The translations under genes and the position numbers were made by a program. Below, one piece after another: positions 27,318-36,229 of a DNA stretch of 64,000 nt. Each line of letters starts with the position of its first letter. Position 1 is the first letter of the stretch. The notes beneath the pieces were generated by a model. The model had not been told where the DNA came from, did not search any database, and worked only from the letters and a program-made list of their open reading frames with translations. This DNA is from Bacteroidia bacterium (lineage in GTDB: Bacteria; Bacteroidota; Bacteroidia; AKYH767-A; OLB10): contig JBBQQQ010000004.1 of assembly GCA_038215705.1 (NCBI GenBank), forward strand, positions 147,382-211,381, read 5' to 3'.

Positions 27318-29498
27318 CTAAAAAATCGTAAATTTTTTATTAACCGTATATTCACCGATACCTGCTTTCAACTGGTACGAACCTTTTGAAAGGCCTTTCA
27401 GATCGATTGCTGTATGCGAAGCAGGATTTATTAACTGCAGAATCTCTTTACCTGCCAAATCATATACCCTGATAAAATTGACGGGATGGTTGCCTGTAAA
27501 GGAGAAATTTATATGGTCACGGGCAGGAGCAGGATATAAAAGAACCAACTCTCCGGGATGAATTTCACTTATGCCTACAAAGTTAGGGTCAATTACAACC
27601 ACATCACCAATTCCATTAACGGTAACAGGTGTTTCGGAATGTGTTGTTCCTATGATATCAAAAGGAGTTACGTTCAGCATAACTTTCCCTGAAACATTAT
27701 CAGTTGTTACAATAGTGACTCGTGCAACAGGGCCTGTGCCTGTTATATTCGTATGATTGATCCGGGTAATTGCAACATCTACAAACCCATTCATACCTGT
27801 TGAACGGTCTATTTTAATCATATCAACACCGTTTGAACCAAAGAGTGACCCGGGAGTAGTCACAGAAATTGAGTTAAGATCAATCATGGAAGGATCAAAA
27901 TACAAACGGAAAGCAAGACCGTAAATACTGTCGATCGGAGTAGTGAAACTAAGATCAAAATTTACCAGTGTGGTTAATCCTACGGTATCTGCTACGGCGT
28001 TAACCGATAAATCCACAATGGAACTTACCGCGGGATCCTGAAGACGCAATGGGTGATTCAGGCCATAGTTTAAAAAGATTGCAGTGGTATCAGCAAAATT
28101 AATGGTTCCATTACCATCCGTATCGGCGTGTTTGTGATTGATGCCGCTAAGGAAACTGTTTGTCCAGTCAGCTGATGGTTGTGCAGTCCAGTTAAGACTG
28201 GCAGATGGCCTGATCGGACCATTGTCGTTATAAGCTATGCCAATAGGAAGCAGATCATACAGGTTCGCTACACCGTCGGAATTCGCATCACCCGGCCAAA
28301 CATCGTTGGTATTACATCCATTTACAAAAACCTGGTATATGAAACTCTGCGTCCCATAATAATCACAGAAATCGTCATTCACGGTAATATTAAAAATATA
28401 GGGCGAACTGCTCACATCACCAGTAGCCGGAATCCATGTAAAAGTTCCGGAAGGGAAAGCGCCACCAGAGCTGCTTAATGCTGCGGTTGTGCCGATGTTG
28501 TTCATTGAAAGCGAAAGATTCTGAGCGGAATCAGGATCACTGCTGATCACATCAAAAGTGATTGTGTCACCAGGGCAGCCATTGGTCACAAAATTTGCAG
28601 TCCCGTTCATCCCCGTAAGGGAAGGGGCATTGTTACTCGTGTTAACAACGGCAATCTGAAAATCACGGTAAACATATCCGATAAAAAACCCATTCCTGTA
28701 TTCGGAAACTTTCATGCATACCACCGCCACCTGTAAAGCGTTTGGGGATACCGTTAGTAATCCATTGGCAGGATTAAGTGTTGTGGCTGTGGAAGCGAGG
28801 AAAGGCTGCAGATAGGAATAACCTGGTGTGTATGGAATCAGCAACGGGAAAACACCAAAGTCAAGGGCCGGGCCAAGTTCATAAACTATTGAATCACCAT
28901 CAGCATCGTATGTGGTCCAGCCAAGTGTAGTGGTAACATTTGCTGGAATAATATTAACCGGGCTCTGGTCAAATTGTACCGAATTGTTAAATGGAACATC
29001 CAGATTGTTCAGTTGGGCTGAAATATAACTACCATACGTTGAACTATTCGATAAATTGGTAACAGCGGCATTGCGGCAGCATTCTGTATAATAAAAAGTC
29101 CAGTCGTTACAATTAGCGGGCAGTGTTACAGTTGCTTCAAACGAAATTTTTTCAACTGCATAAAGGGATCCGCCGTTACACGATGAGTTGGCTGCAGACG
29201 TTGCACAAACCGGGGATATATTAACCGGTGATCCTATAATACTCATAGCAGTAGTATAAGGACCCATGCCGCAGGAAAACGAGCGGTATTTAATTGTTAA
29301 AGCAGGTACCGGGATGCCCGAACAATCACGGTAATAATCAAGTTTCACCAGGTAAGTGTTGCCTGATATCCACTGGTAAGTTATTTCAGCGCCTGCAATA
29401 TGCGAAGCCCGGCTGCTGGTTGCCAGGCACAGCCATATAAAAAGCACGAAGGCTGCTGCCTTAAATGACTGAGAGGAAGTGGTTAAAATTTTTCTCAT
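27318..29498 (-). CDS. large secreted cell-surface protein with T9SS C-terminal sorting domain and dockerin-like Ca-binding loops
   Basis: The likely start is the internal Met (MRKILTTSS..., signal peptide) at 29498. The protein is Cys-rich in the N-terminal region. It carries DANSDGVANLYDL and DTDGNGTINFADT loops. The C-terminus ...YPAPARDHINFSF...KKFTIF is a T9SS CTD. Confidence 0.7.
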   Translation of the reverse strand: MRKILTTSSQSFKAAAFVLFIWLCLATSSRASHIAGAEITYQWISGNTYLVKLDYYRDCSGIPVPALTIKYRSFSCGMGPYTTAMSIIGSPVNISPVCATSAANSSCNGGSLYAVEKISFEATVTLPANCNDWTFYYTECCRNAAVTNLSNSSTYGSYISAQLNNLDVPFNNSVQFDQSPVNIIPANVTTTLGWTTYDADGDSIVYELGPALDFGVFPLLIPYTPGYSYLQPFLASTATTLNPANGLLTVSPNALQVAVVCMKVSEYRNGFFIGYVYRDFQIAVVNTSNNAPSLTGMNGTANFVTNGCPGDTITFDVISSDPDSAQNLSLSMNNIGTTAALSSSGGAFPSGTFTWIPATGDVSSSPYIFNITVNDDFCDYYGTQSFIYQVFVNGCNTNDVWPGDANSDGVANLYDLLPIGIAYNDNGPIRPSASLNWTAQPSADWTNSFLSGINHKHADTDGNGTINFADTTAIFLNYGLNHPLRLQDPAVSSIVDLSVNAVADTVGLTTLVNFDLSFTTPIDSIYGLAFRLYFDPSMIDLNSISVTTPGSLFGSNGVDMIKIDRSTGMNGFVDVAITRINHTNITGTGPVARVTIVTTDNVSGKVMLNVTPFDIIGTTHSETPVTVNGIGDVVVIDPNFVGISEIHPGELVLLYPAPARDHINFSFTGNHPVNFIRVYDLAGKEILQLINPASHTAIDLKGLSKGSYQLKAGIGEYTVNKKFTIF

Positions 29499-29711
29499 GG
29501 TAAATGAATTAATAGATATTGGCCAGAGGCTTTTTATCACGTTACAAACATATTTCGGAATTCACTAATTAAAAAATACAAAATTTAGCTTTTGTCGGAT
29601 GTAATTTTACGGATTTATAGCCACTTAATTGAATAATATGATAAATATTATATTGAATATTAATTAAATACATTTATCATCAAAATTTTATAAAATCGTA
29701 TATTTGTCGGA

Positions 29712-31139
29712 ATGAATACGATTTCATCATCTCGGTTAACTTCGGTGCTTGCAGCGCTTTCACGGTCAGAATGGCGTCATTTTAAGCGATTTATACAATC
29801 CGGCCTGGCAGGACCTCCAGGGAAATCGGTGGAGTTATATGATTATTTGTCGGATTTCCATCCCGTTTTCACCGGCCGTGAAATGGACAAGACCGTCATA
29901 TTTAACGCAATTTTTACCAATGAAATATACCAGGATAAAAAATTGCGTTATGCGCTCACCGACCTGTACCGGTGTGCCTGCAATTTTTTGCGATACAAGG
30001 CTTTAGAAGATCATAATGAGGAAGGTAATTATCTTTTGGGAACCATTCTGGCGCAGCGGCAGGCGGATAAGGCCTACCTGGCGCATTATCTGACAGACGG
30101 AAATCAATTAAATTTAGATGCAGATAAAGGGGCGGAATACTATTTTCATGCGTATCGCAAAGAGTTTGTTCATCTCAATCATTTCCTGCCCCGACAAAAG
30201 AGAAGCGATCAAAATCCGATAGGTTCAATTTCCCGAAACCTGGATGTTTTTTTTGTTGCAAAAAAATTGCAGCTGCTTTGTGAAATTGTCAATGTGAAAA
30301 ATGTAATGTCGGTAAGTCATGATTTCCTTTTGCAGGAAAAAATAATTGAGATGGTTGAAAATGGTGTGTTCAATGATGTGCCGGTAATCATTATTTATTA
30401 TCGAATTTTAATGACGCTTTTAAATCCTGATGATGAAAAGCATTTTGAAATTTTGAGTGAGTTGCTGAGAATCCATGAAAATGTTTTCAAAAAACCGGAA
30501 TTGCGTGACATGTATCAGTACCTAATAAATTATTGTATTAAAAAAATTAACCAGGGTGTTAGTAGTTATATTTCAACACTGGCCCGCATTTACAAAGTAA
30601 TTCTTGCCAACAAGGTAATTTACAACGGACAATATTTATCACAATGGGATTTTAAAAATATGGTGGTAATAGGCATTCGTGCTGGTGAGCAGGAATGGGT
30701 GAAACAATTTATTGAGAATTACCATCAGGAATTACTGCCGGCAGAACGATCTAATGCCCGTATTTATAACCTGGCTTATTATTATTTCAGCACGGGTGAA
30801 TACCGAAGCGCGCTTTCTCTTTTGCAGAAGGTGGAATTTACTGATTTATATTACCAGCTCGATATGCGGGCTATACTTTTGAAATGTTATTTTGAAATGG
30901 ATGACCAGGAAACATTTTTTTATCATATTGCCGCTTTCAGGATCTTTTTAAGCAGGAATAAACTGGTGTCGGATTACCAGCGAACCATTTATCGTAACAT
31001 GATCCGTTTTTCAACAAAACTCATACGTGCCACTGGTGATAGAACCAAAGCAAACTTTATTCAAAAACAAATTGAAGAGGTGAAACAAATTGCTGATATT
31101 AACTGGCTGCGAAATAAAGCTGCCTTGATAGTTGCTTAA
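29712..31139 (+). CDS. hypothetical all-helical protein (475 aa), function unknown
   Basis: Long ORF with consistent coding composition, a predicted alpha-helical/TPR-like C-terminal half and no catalytic motifs. It is preceded by an AT-rich region with a TATATTTG (-7-like) element. Confidence 0.6.
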   Translation: MNTISSSRLTSVLAALSRSEWRHFKRFIQSGLAGPPGKSVELYDYLSDFHPVFTGREMDKTVIFNAIFTNEIYQDKKLRYALTDLYRCACNFLRYKALEDHNEEGNYLLGTILAQRQADKAYLAHYLTDGNQLNLDADKGAEYYFHAYRKEFVHLNHFLPRQKRSDQNPIGSISRNLDVFFVAKKLQLLCEIVNVKNVMSVSHDFLLQEKIIEMVENGVFNDVPVIIIYYRILMTLLNPDDEKHFEILSELLRIHENVFKKPELRDMYQYLINYCIKKINQGVSSYISTLARIYKVILANKVIYNGQYLSQWDFKNMVVIGIRAGEQEWVKQFIENYHQELLPAERSNARIYNLAYYYFSTGEYRSALSLLQKVEFTDLYYQLDMRAILLKCYFEMDDQETFFYHIAAFRIFLSRNKLVSDYQRTIYRNMIRFSTKLIRATGDRTKANFIQKQIEEVKQIADINWLRNKAALIVA

Positions 31140-31144
31140 ATAAA

Positions 31145-32545
31145 TTAATAAACAGAACTGTCTTGTTTTTTCCTTTCGGAGAAAAGTAACCAGGCCGCAA
31201 CTGAAACAACCATTAATAATTCCAATCTTACCGGAATGGTATAACGTGCCTGAATTGTGAAAGGGATATGAATAATACCAATATACAGGATAATGATAAT
31301 GATCCACAAGAGGGGAGTCATCAGTTTGCGATTCCTGTAAATGGCAAGAGGAATTAATATAATTGCCGCCAGGAAAGCGACCAGTGTTATTAGTAACGGA
31401 TAAAGCAGATAAGCTTTTTTAACCGGGCCAGAAGCATTAAAATCCTTCATTCGTAATCCGGTAACCCATAACCGTACCGCTGAATAGAATTTTACTTTCA
31501 AATAAAAAGGGAAATCTGCACGAATGTTTTCCATTGCAAATTGCCTTAATAAGGCTTCTCTTTTAATTGTGTAAGGGCCATTAAAAGTTTTAAGAAAGGA
31601 AGGATTTTTCTCAGCGAAAACCATCATGATGCTATCGTGATTTGTAAGCAGGGGAGCTGTGATGGAATCAATGATATCCCACTCTTGATTATACCTTTCA
31701 ATATTTTCATTCCGGTCTTTTTCATCAATCAATGCAATCATTTCCCTGTTACAGTAATTACCCCAATACCGGGTATCATAATAATCCGGCATCTTAAAAG
31801 ACCAGTATCCCAGGTGAAGCAATCCTCCGCCACCTTCGAGTGAAGTTACTTTGAAGACACCGTGATTGGATTTATTCCATAATCCATAAGGTATCATGGT
31901 AAGAAAAAAAACTGTTAACAAAAGGAGGCTGTGTGCAGTGGAAAAATTATTCCGGTGTACAACGAATTGATAAATTATGTAAAGTATCGGAAGAAATAAA
32001 ATTACAGGCCGTACCTGGAATGTGATTCCGAAAAGCAGTCCCAGTAAAATGTATTTTTTTAGGGAAGATTGCATCTTAAGATCCGTCCATATAATTAATA
32101 GCAGGAGGAATGTAACTAAAATTTCAGGAAATATTATTGCGGTGTAAGAAGCAACATATACTGATGGAAGTAGTATGAGCAGGAAAATATTTTTAATTGA
32201 AATGTTACCATAAAGTATTTCGAGCACTGATAACGCCAGCATAATTGATACAATATAAAGTACCAGTTGCGCTATTTGGATGGCCAGAATTGAATCGCTG
32301 AATAGCTTAAAAAGTGCGAGAAATAAAGGATAACCCGGATTGCGGAGCGTGTCGGGCATTGGATGCTCCAGGAAATTCCAGTAGGAATAACTTCCCTTTA
32401 ATATTCCTTCAGCCAGTCCAAGGTAAGTGGTTGCATCCTTTCCGGGATCATTAAAAAACAAAAGGAACATAACTACTGAAACCACGACGTTCAGCAATAA
32501 AAGCAACCGGAATGTATTATTGCTATGCAGGAAATTTTTCAGCAT
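31145..32545 (-). CDS. GT-C-fold integral-membrane glycosyltransferase (family 39 / ArnT-PMT-like), predicted polyprenyl-phosphate-sugar-dependent
   Basis: 466 aa with more than ten TM helices. The N-terminal periplasmic-loop region (DATTYLGLAEGIL...RNPGYPLFLALF) resembles the ArnT/PMT family. It is adjacent to a GT2 polyprenyl-P sugar synthase. Confidence 0.55.
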   Translation of the reverse strand: MLKNFLHSNNTFRLLLLLNVVVSVVMFLLFFNDPGKDATTYLGLAEGILKGSYSYWNFLEHPMPDTLRNPGYPLFLALFKLFSDSILAIQIAQLVLYIVSIMLALSVLEILYGNISIKNIFLLILLPSVYVASYTAIIFPEILVTFLLLLIIWTDLKMQSSLKKYILLGLLFGITFQVRPVILFLPILYIIYQFVVHRNNFSTAHSLLLLTVFFLTMIPYGLWNKSNHGVFKVTSLEGGGGLLHLGYWSFKMPDYYDTRYWGNYCNREMIALIDEKDRNENIERYNQEWDIIDSITAPLLTNHDSIMMVFAEKNPSFLKTFNGPYTIKREALLRQFAMENIRADFPFYLKVKFYSAVRLWVTGLRMKDFNASGPVKKAYLLYPLLITLVAFLAAIILIPLAIYRNRKLMTPLLWIIIIILYIGIIHIPFTIQARYTIPVRLELLMVVSVAAWLLFSERKKQDSSVY

Positions 32546-32559
32546 GCCCTGAGCTAAAG

Positions 32560-33309
32560 TTATTTTTTACTTCTTCCTCTTTCTGAGGGAAGATCATAAT
32601 TTTCGGAAAAAATTTCAGAATACATTCTTCGTATATCCTTAATGGTATTCATAATATTTTTCATACTGGTTGATGATCCTTTCCCGATTTCACGCGGGAA
32701 GGTCTGAATTCCCATTTCACCAATCCTGTAACCTTTAAGCATGCTTTTGATTGTTATTTCTGCACCGATAAACGGACTATCGGAGGTAATGATCAACTCA
32801 TCAATTAAAGATTTTCTCACCAGTCGCATTCCGGTACTGATATCCCGGAAACGGGTACGGAATAACCAGCGCAGCACTTTATTGTAAATGTATGATATAA
32901 AAATGCGTTTGTTAGAATATATTTTTTTATAGCGGAATGTAATTATCAAATCATAAAAATCTTTGAGTTTGATCATTCTTTTCAGATCGTGCAGATCATA
33001 TTCGTCATCGCCATCTGTAAGGCAAATCCATTCATATTGTGCATGCTGAAAACCCGTTTTAAGCGCTGCGCCATAACCAAGATTTTTAGGATGATGAATT
33101 ACTTTGATAAACGGGTGCTGTGTTGCAAGTTCATCGGCAATAGCACCCGAACGGTCAGGGCTGCAGTCATCGATAATAATTATTTCAAATTTATTGGCGA
33201 TTTCACTGCAAACGGCGATTGCCTTATTGGTGACAGACGCCACAGTAAGTTCATCTTTATAAACCGGGAAGAATACAGTGATATCCGGTTGATTTTCATT
33301 AGTTGTCAT
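32560..33309 (-). CDS. GT2 polyprenyl-phosphate glycosyltransferase (Dpm1/ArnC/GtrB-like)
   Basis: 249 aa with a GT-A fold, the motifs IIIDDCSPDRSG and TDGDDE (DxD), and NLGYGAALKTG. Confidence 0.75.
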   Translation of the reverse strand: MTTNENQPDITVFFPVYKDELTVASVTNKAIAVCSEIANKFEIIIIDDCSPDRSGAIADELATQHPFIKVIHHPKNLGYGAALKTGFQHAQYEWICLTDGDDEYDLHDLKRMIKLKDFYDLIITFRYKKIYSNKRIFISYIYNKVLRWLFRTRFRDISTGMRLVRKSLIDELIITSDSPFIGAEITIKSMLKGYRIGEMGIQTFPREIGKGSSTSMKNIMNTIKDIRRMYSEIFSENYDLPSERGRSKK

Positions 33310-33312
33310 GGT

Positions 33313-34059
33313 TCAGAACTTTAATTTTTTGTAGATGCTGAATGGAACCAGGTTAAGTACGAAAGTAATCCAGAACCAGAATCGTGGAAGGTAGTACAAT
33401 CCCGGACCTTTTTCTGAATAGCTGATGATTTTTGAGGCAATGGATTTAACAGACGCAGCGGGAAAGGGAAGTTTTTGTCCATAACTCAAATTGGTATCCA
33501 TGTATCCGAAACGGCAGAGCTGAATGGTTGAATTGGTATGTGCCTGTGAATGCATCAGGCCGAAGCAATACTGTTCCAGTGCTTTTTTTGCCGTGCTGTA
33601 TGCAATATTTTTACCTCTTGCCCGGGCAGCAGCAACTGATGAAGCCACTATTATGCGAAGCGACTTTTCTGCTTTTTTTACGAGCAATTCATTGATTAAA
33701 TAAGCAGGACCTGTGAAATTATTTTGCATCAGCACCTGAAGAGTTTCAATGGCATTCAGGTGTTCATCTTTTTCATTAATTGAGCCTGCCAATACGTAGC
33801 AGGTATCCGGAAAATCTGTGATGGCAATCAATTGATTAATTATTTGTTTGCCGTAAGTTGCATCTTTAATGTTTGCCAGATCAAGAGGAAAAGGATGCGC
33901 TTCAACCTGGTAACTGATGCGGATATGACTACATATCGCATCGAGATCACGCTGACTGCGTGCCGAAAGAATTACATTCACACCTTTTGCCGCCAGCATT
34001 TCTGCAGTCTGTCTTCCCAATCCGGTACTTGCTCCTATGATCCAGGCAGTTTGTTTCAT
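33313..34059 (-). CDS. SDR-family oxidoreductase, DprE2-like (lipid-linked 2'-keto-sugar reductase candidate)
   Basis: N-terminal GASTGLGRQ Rossmann motif. The central ASSVAAARARGKNIAYSTAKKALEQY and the C-terminal ...LVPFSIYKKL resemble, as I recall it, mycobacterial DprE2 ([22 protein letters not shown]..., ...HIPRSIFRKL). Confidence 0.65.
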   Translation of the reverse strand: MKQTAWIIGASTGLGRQTAEMLAAKGVNVILSARSQRDLDAICSHIRISYQVEAHPFPLDLANIKDATYGKQIINQLIAITDFPDTCYVLAGSINEKDEHLNAIETLQVLMQNNFTGPAYLINELLVKKAEKSLRIIVASSVAAARARGKNIAYSTAKKALEQYCFGLMHSQAHTNSTIQLCRFGYMDTNLSYGQKLPFPAASVKSIASKIISYSEKGPGLYYLPRFWFWITFVLNLVPFSIYKKLKF

Positions 34060-35369
34060 GAATTGAGATTAATCCGGGTTTTTAATTCCGATGAAATGAC
34101 ATTTCCGGGATCAAACGATTGGATTTTTTTGCGGAATTCCTCAAAGCCGGGAAAGACAGCGCTTATGAAAGAATGGTCAGCGCGGCTATCCTTGCTCAGA
34201 TTTACAATAGCATTAAATTTCACGCATACGGCATCCAGGTCCCGGAAAAATGTGATTGCTTTATGGCTCTCCTGAACATCAATTGTAAGACAAACTCCTT
34301 CTCCCGAAAAACTCAGCTGATGGGTTGTTCCGTTAAAAAGTTTAAGGGAACCAAGTGCCACTGCTATTTTATTTCGTTGAATAAGTTGTTGAATTTCATT
34401 GAATGCTTTTTCATAACTTTTGTAGGGAATCAGCATCTGGTATTCCCGGAATCCCTTTTTCCCAAAGAGGTAGTAATATATTTCTTTATTATACAAGGGA
34501 AAGCTTCCCTGCATAAGATCCTGCTTTGTTGTCTTACTTTTAAGTTTTTCAAGCTGATAATACACACTGCACATAGCTGTAACCGTTAGATCAGAATGCA
34601 ATGCAGGAAGTTTATAACTCAGGGGCATTTTATCGGAATAGTTACGTACTGCTGTTTTACCTTGCACGTATTTTTCCAGGTAAACAATGCCCCTTCCAAA
34701 CCCGGTATTTTTCCTGTTCAGGTCATTCCAGGAATAAACATATTCATAATTGTTTTCCGCATCACGCATGTAACTGACCGCTTCAAAAATATTCTTGACA
34801 AAAATTCTTTCTGATTGAATATTACCGCCAGGAAGTGTTTTAAAGCCAAGCTTTGCGCTTATTATAATTCCGGTAAGTCCGAAACCACCAATGGTAAGGT
34901 TAAACAATTCTTTATTCTGTTGTGGAGAGCACACCATTTCACCGTGCACAGGATGATATACATTCAATTCCTGTACCCAGTCGCCGAACGTTCCGACTTT
35001 AAATTGTGATTTTCCATGAATATTAAAAGCGATACAGCCACCTGCTGTAATCATTGGATAACCGGGTAAAACCGGTAAAATAAAATTCCTGGAAATTAAA
35101 AAATTATTAAGTTCACCTACGGAAATTCCTGCTTCAACAGTTATTGTTTTTGCCTGTGAATCGAATGCAAGAATTTTATTCATTCTTCGCATGTCTACAA
35201 CTATTCCCGCTGCACTAGCCCCGGCATTGCAATAACTTAAGCCTGCGCCTCGGGCAATAAGGGGAGTTTCACGGATATTGAAAATGTCATCATATTTTTC
35301 AGGGCGCACACTTTTACAAAGCGTATGTTCTGTTTTATCGAAACTGGTAATTTCCTGTTGCTTTATCAT
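34056..35369 (-). CDS. FAD-binding oxidase, DprE1-like (decaprenylphosphoryl-beta-D-ribose 2'-oxidase family)
   Basis: Segments ARGAGLSYCN, VVDMRRMNKIL, PVLPGYPMITAGGCIAFNIHGKS, GLTGII and KDSR align, as I recall it, with DprE1 ([50 protein letters not shown], KDSR). A 4-nt overlap with the SDR gene suggests translational coupling. Confidence 0.7.
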   Translation of the reverse strand: MIKQQEITSFDKTEHTLCKSVRPEKYDDIFNIRETPLIARGAGLSYCNAGASAAGIVVDMRRMNKILAFDSQAKTITVEAGISVGELNNFLISRNFILPVLPGYPMITAGGCIAFNIHGKSQFKVGTFGDWVQELNVYHPVHGEMVCSPQQNKELFNLTIGGFGLTGIIISAKLGFKTLPGGNIQSERIFVKNIFEAVSYMRDAENNYEYVYSWNDLNRKNTGFGRGIVYLEKYVQGKTAVRNYSDKMPLSYKLPALHSDLTVTAMCSVYYQLEKLKSKTTKQDLMQGSFPLYNKEIYYYLFGKKGFREYQMLIPYKSYEKAFNEIQQLIQRNKIAVALGSLKLFNGTTHQLSFSGEGVCLTIDVQESHKAITFFRDLDAVCVKFNAIVNLSKDSRADHSFISAVFPGFEEFRKKIQSFDPGNVISSELKTRINLNS

Positions 35370-36097
35370 TTTCGTTTGTAAACCACCTCGTCCAGGTTAC
35401 CAAAACCATGCGGCACAGTTTTATATTCGACAAATTTATTTTTATTAAGCAAATCCTTTATCTGAGTATACGGCACGCGGTTTTTATACATATCATCGTT
35501 GTGATTTTCGATTTGTATGTAGTCAACCGGTACGGCATCATCACCGGTAAATAAACCCTGCAGACAATAAAATTCATGCCCTTCGGTATCAATTTTTAAA
35601 ATGTCGATCTTCCGTAAAGGTAAATTTTCATTGATGAATTCACGTAGTGTTACAACGTTTACCGGATACTGGCTGCTCACTATGTTTTCAGGTTTAACAC
35701 CCAATATTTTAGCTTTTCTTTTAAGGTATTCCGAATCAGGGTTCAGGTCTTCAAACGATGAAGTATAATCGAAAACATTTTCGAAAAACAATTTTTCACC
35801 GGAATGGTTGCTGATGCCGAGGTTGAAAATTTTAATACGGCTGTTAGAGCTATATTTGTTTTGCAGTAACCTGAAAAGAACAGGATTCGGCTCAAGTGCA
35901 AATATTTCACAGGAAGGATTTAGTTTAAGAAAAAAGTCGATGCTTTGGCCTTTATTTGCGCCCACATCAACCACTACGTTACAGGGTGTTATAAATTCCT
36001 GCTTATAAAACCGGAATATGCTCCGCTCAAAGAAAAACTTCTCGTTAAGATCTATTAACCGTTTAATGATATTGACTCTGATCGACTGAAAACTCAT
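35366..36097 (-). CDS. FkbM-family SAM-dependent methyltransferase
   Basis: 243 aa with the SAM-binding motif VVDVGANKGQS. The overall pattern is typical of FkbM-domain sugar O-methyltransferases. Confidence 0.7.
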   Translation of the reverse strand: MSFQSIRVNIIKRLIDLNEKFFFERSIFRFYKQEFITPCNVVVDVGANKGQSIDFFLKLNPSCEIFALEPNPVLFRLLQNKYSSNSRIKIFNLGISNHSGEKLFFENVFDYTSSFEDLNPDSEYLKRKAKILGVKPENIVSSQYPVNVVTLREFINENLPLRKIDILKIDTEGHEFYCLQGLFTGDDAVPVDYIQIENHNDDMYKNRVPYTQIKDLLNKNKFVEYKTVPHGFGNLDEVVYKRK

Positions 36098-36229
36098 AAT
36101 GAGGATTTTGTGATGATGGGAAGCAGCTTTTCACATCCTGCTTCAGAACCGAAGCATGTTCCAAATTTAAACAAAAAGATGAAATGCGGAACCGGTTACA
36201 GGAAAGGCAATAGTATATTGAGCATATTG

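Noticed and set aside
27318-29498. True dockerin domain (cellulosome-type) in the 727-aa T9SS protein
   Set aside because: Only two isolated Ca-loop-like segments are seen, about 70 aa apart. They are not the compact duplicated 22-residue dockerin module, so they were downgraded to generic Ca-binding loops.
29695-29712. TATATTTG -7 promoter box annotated as a definite promoter for the 475-aa ORF
   Set aside because: The motif ends only 5 nt before the ATG, so it cannot serve a conventional leadered mRNA. It is kept as a hint in findings and not listed as a feature.
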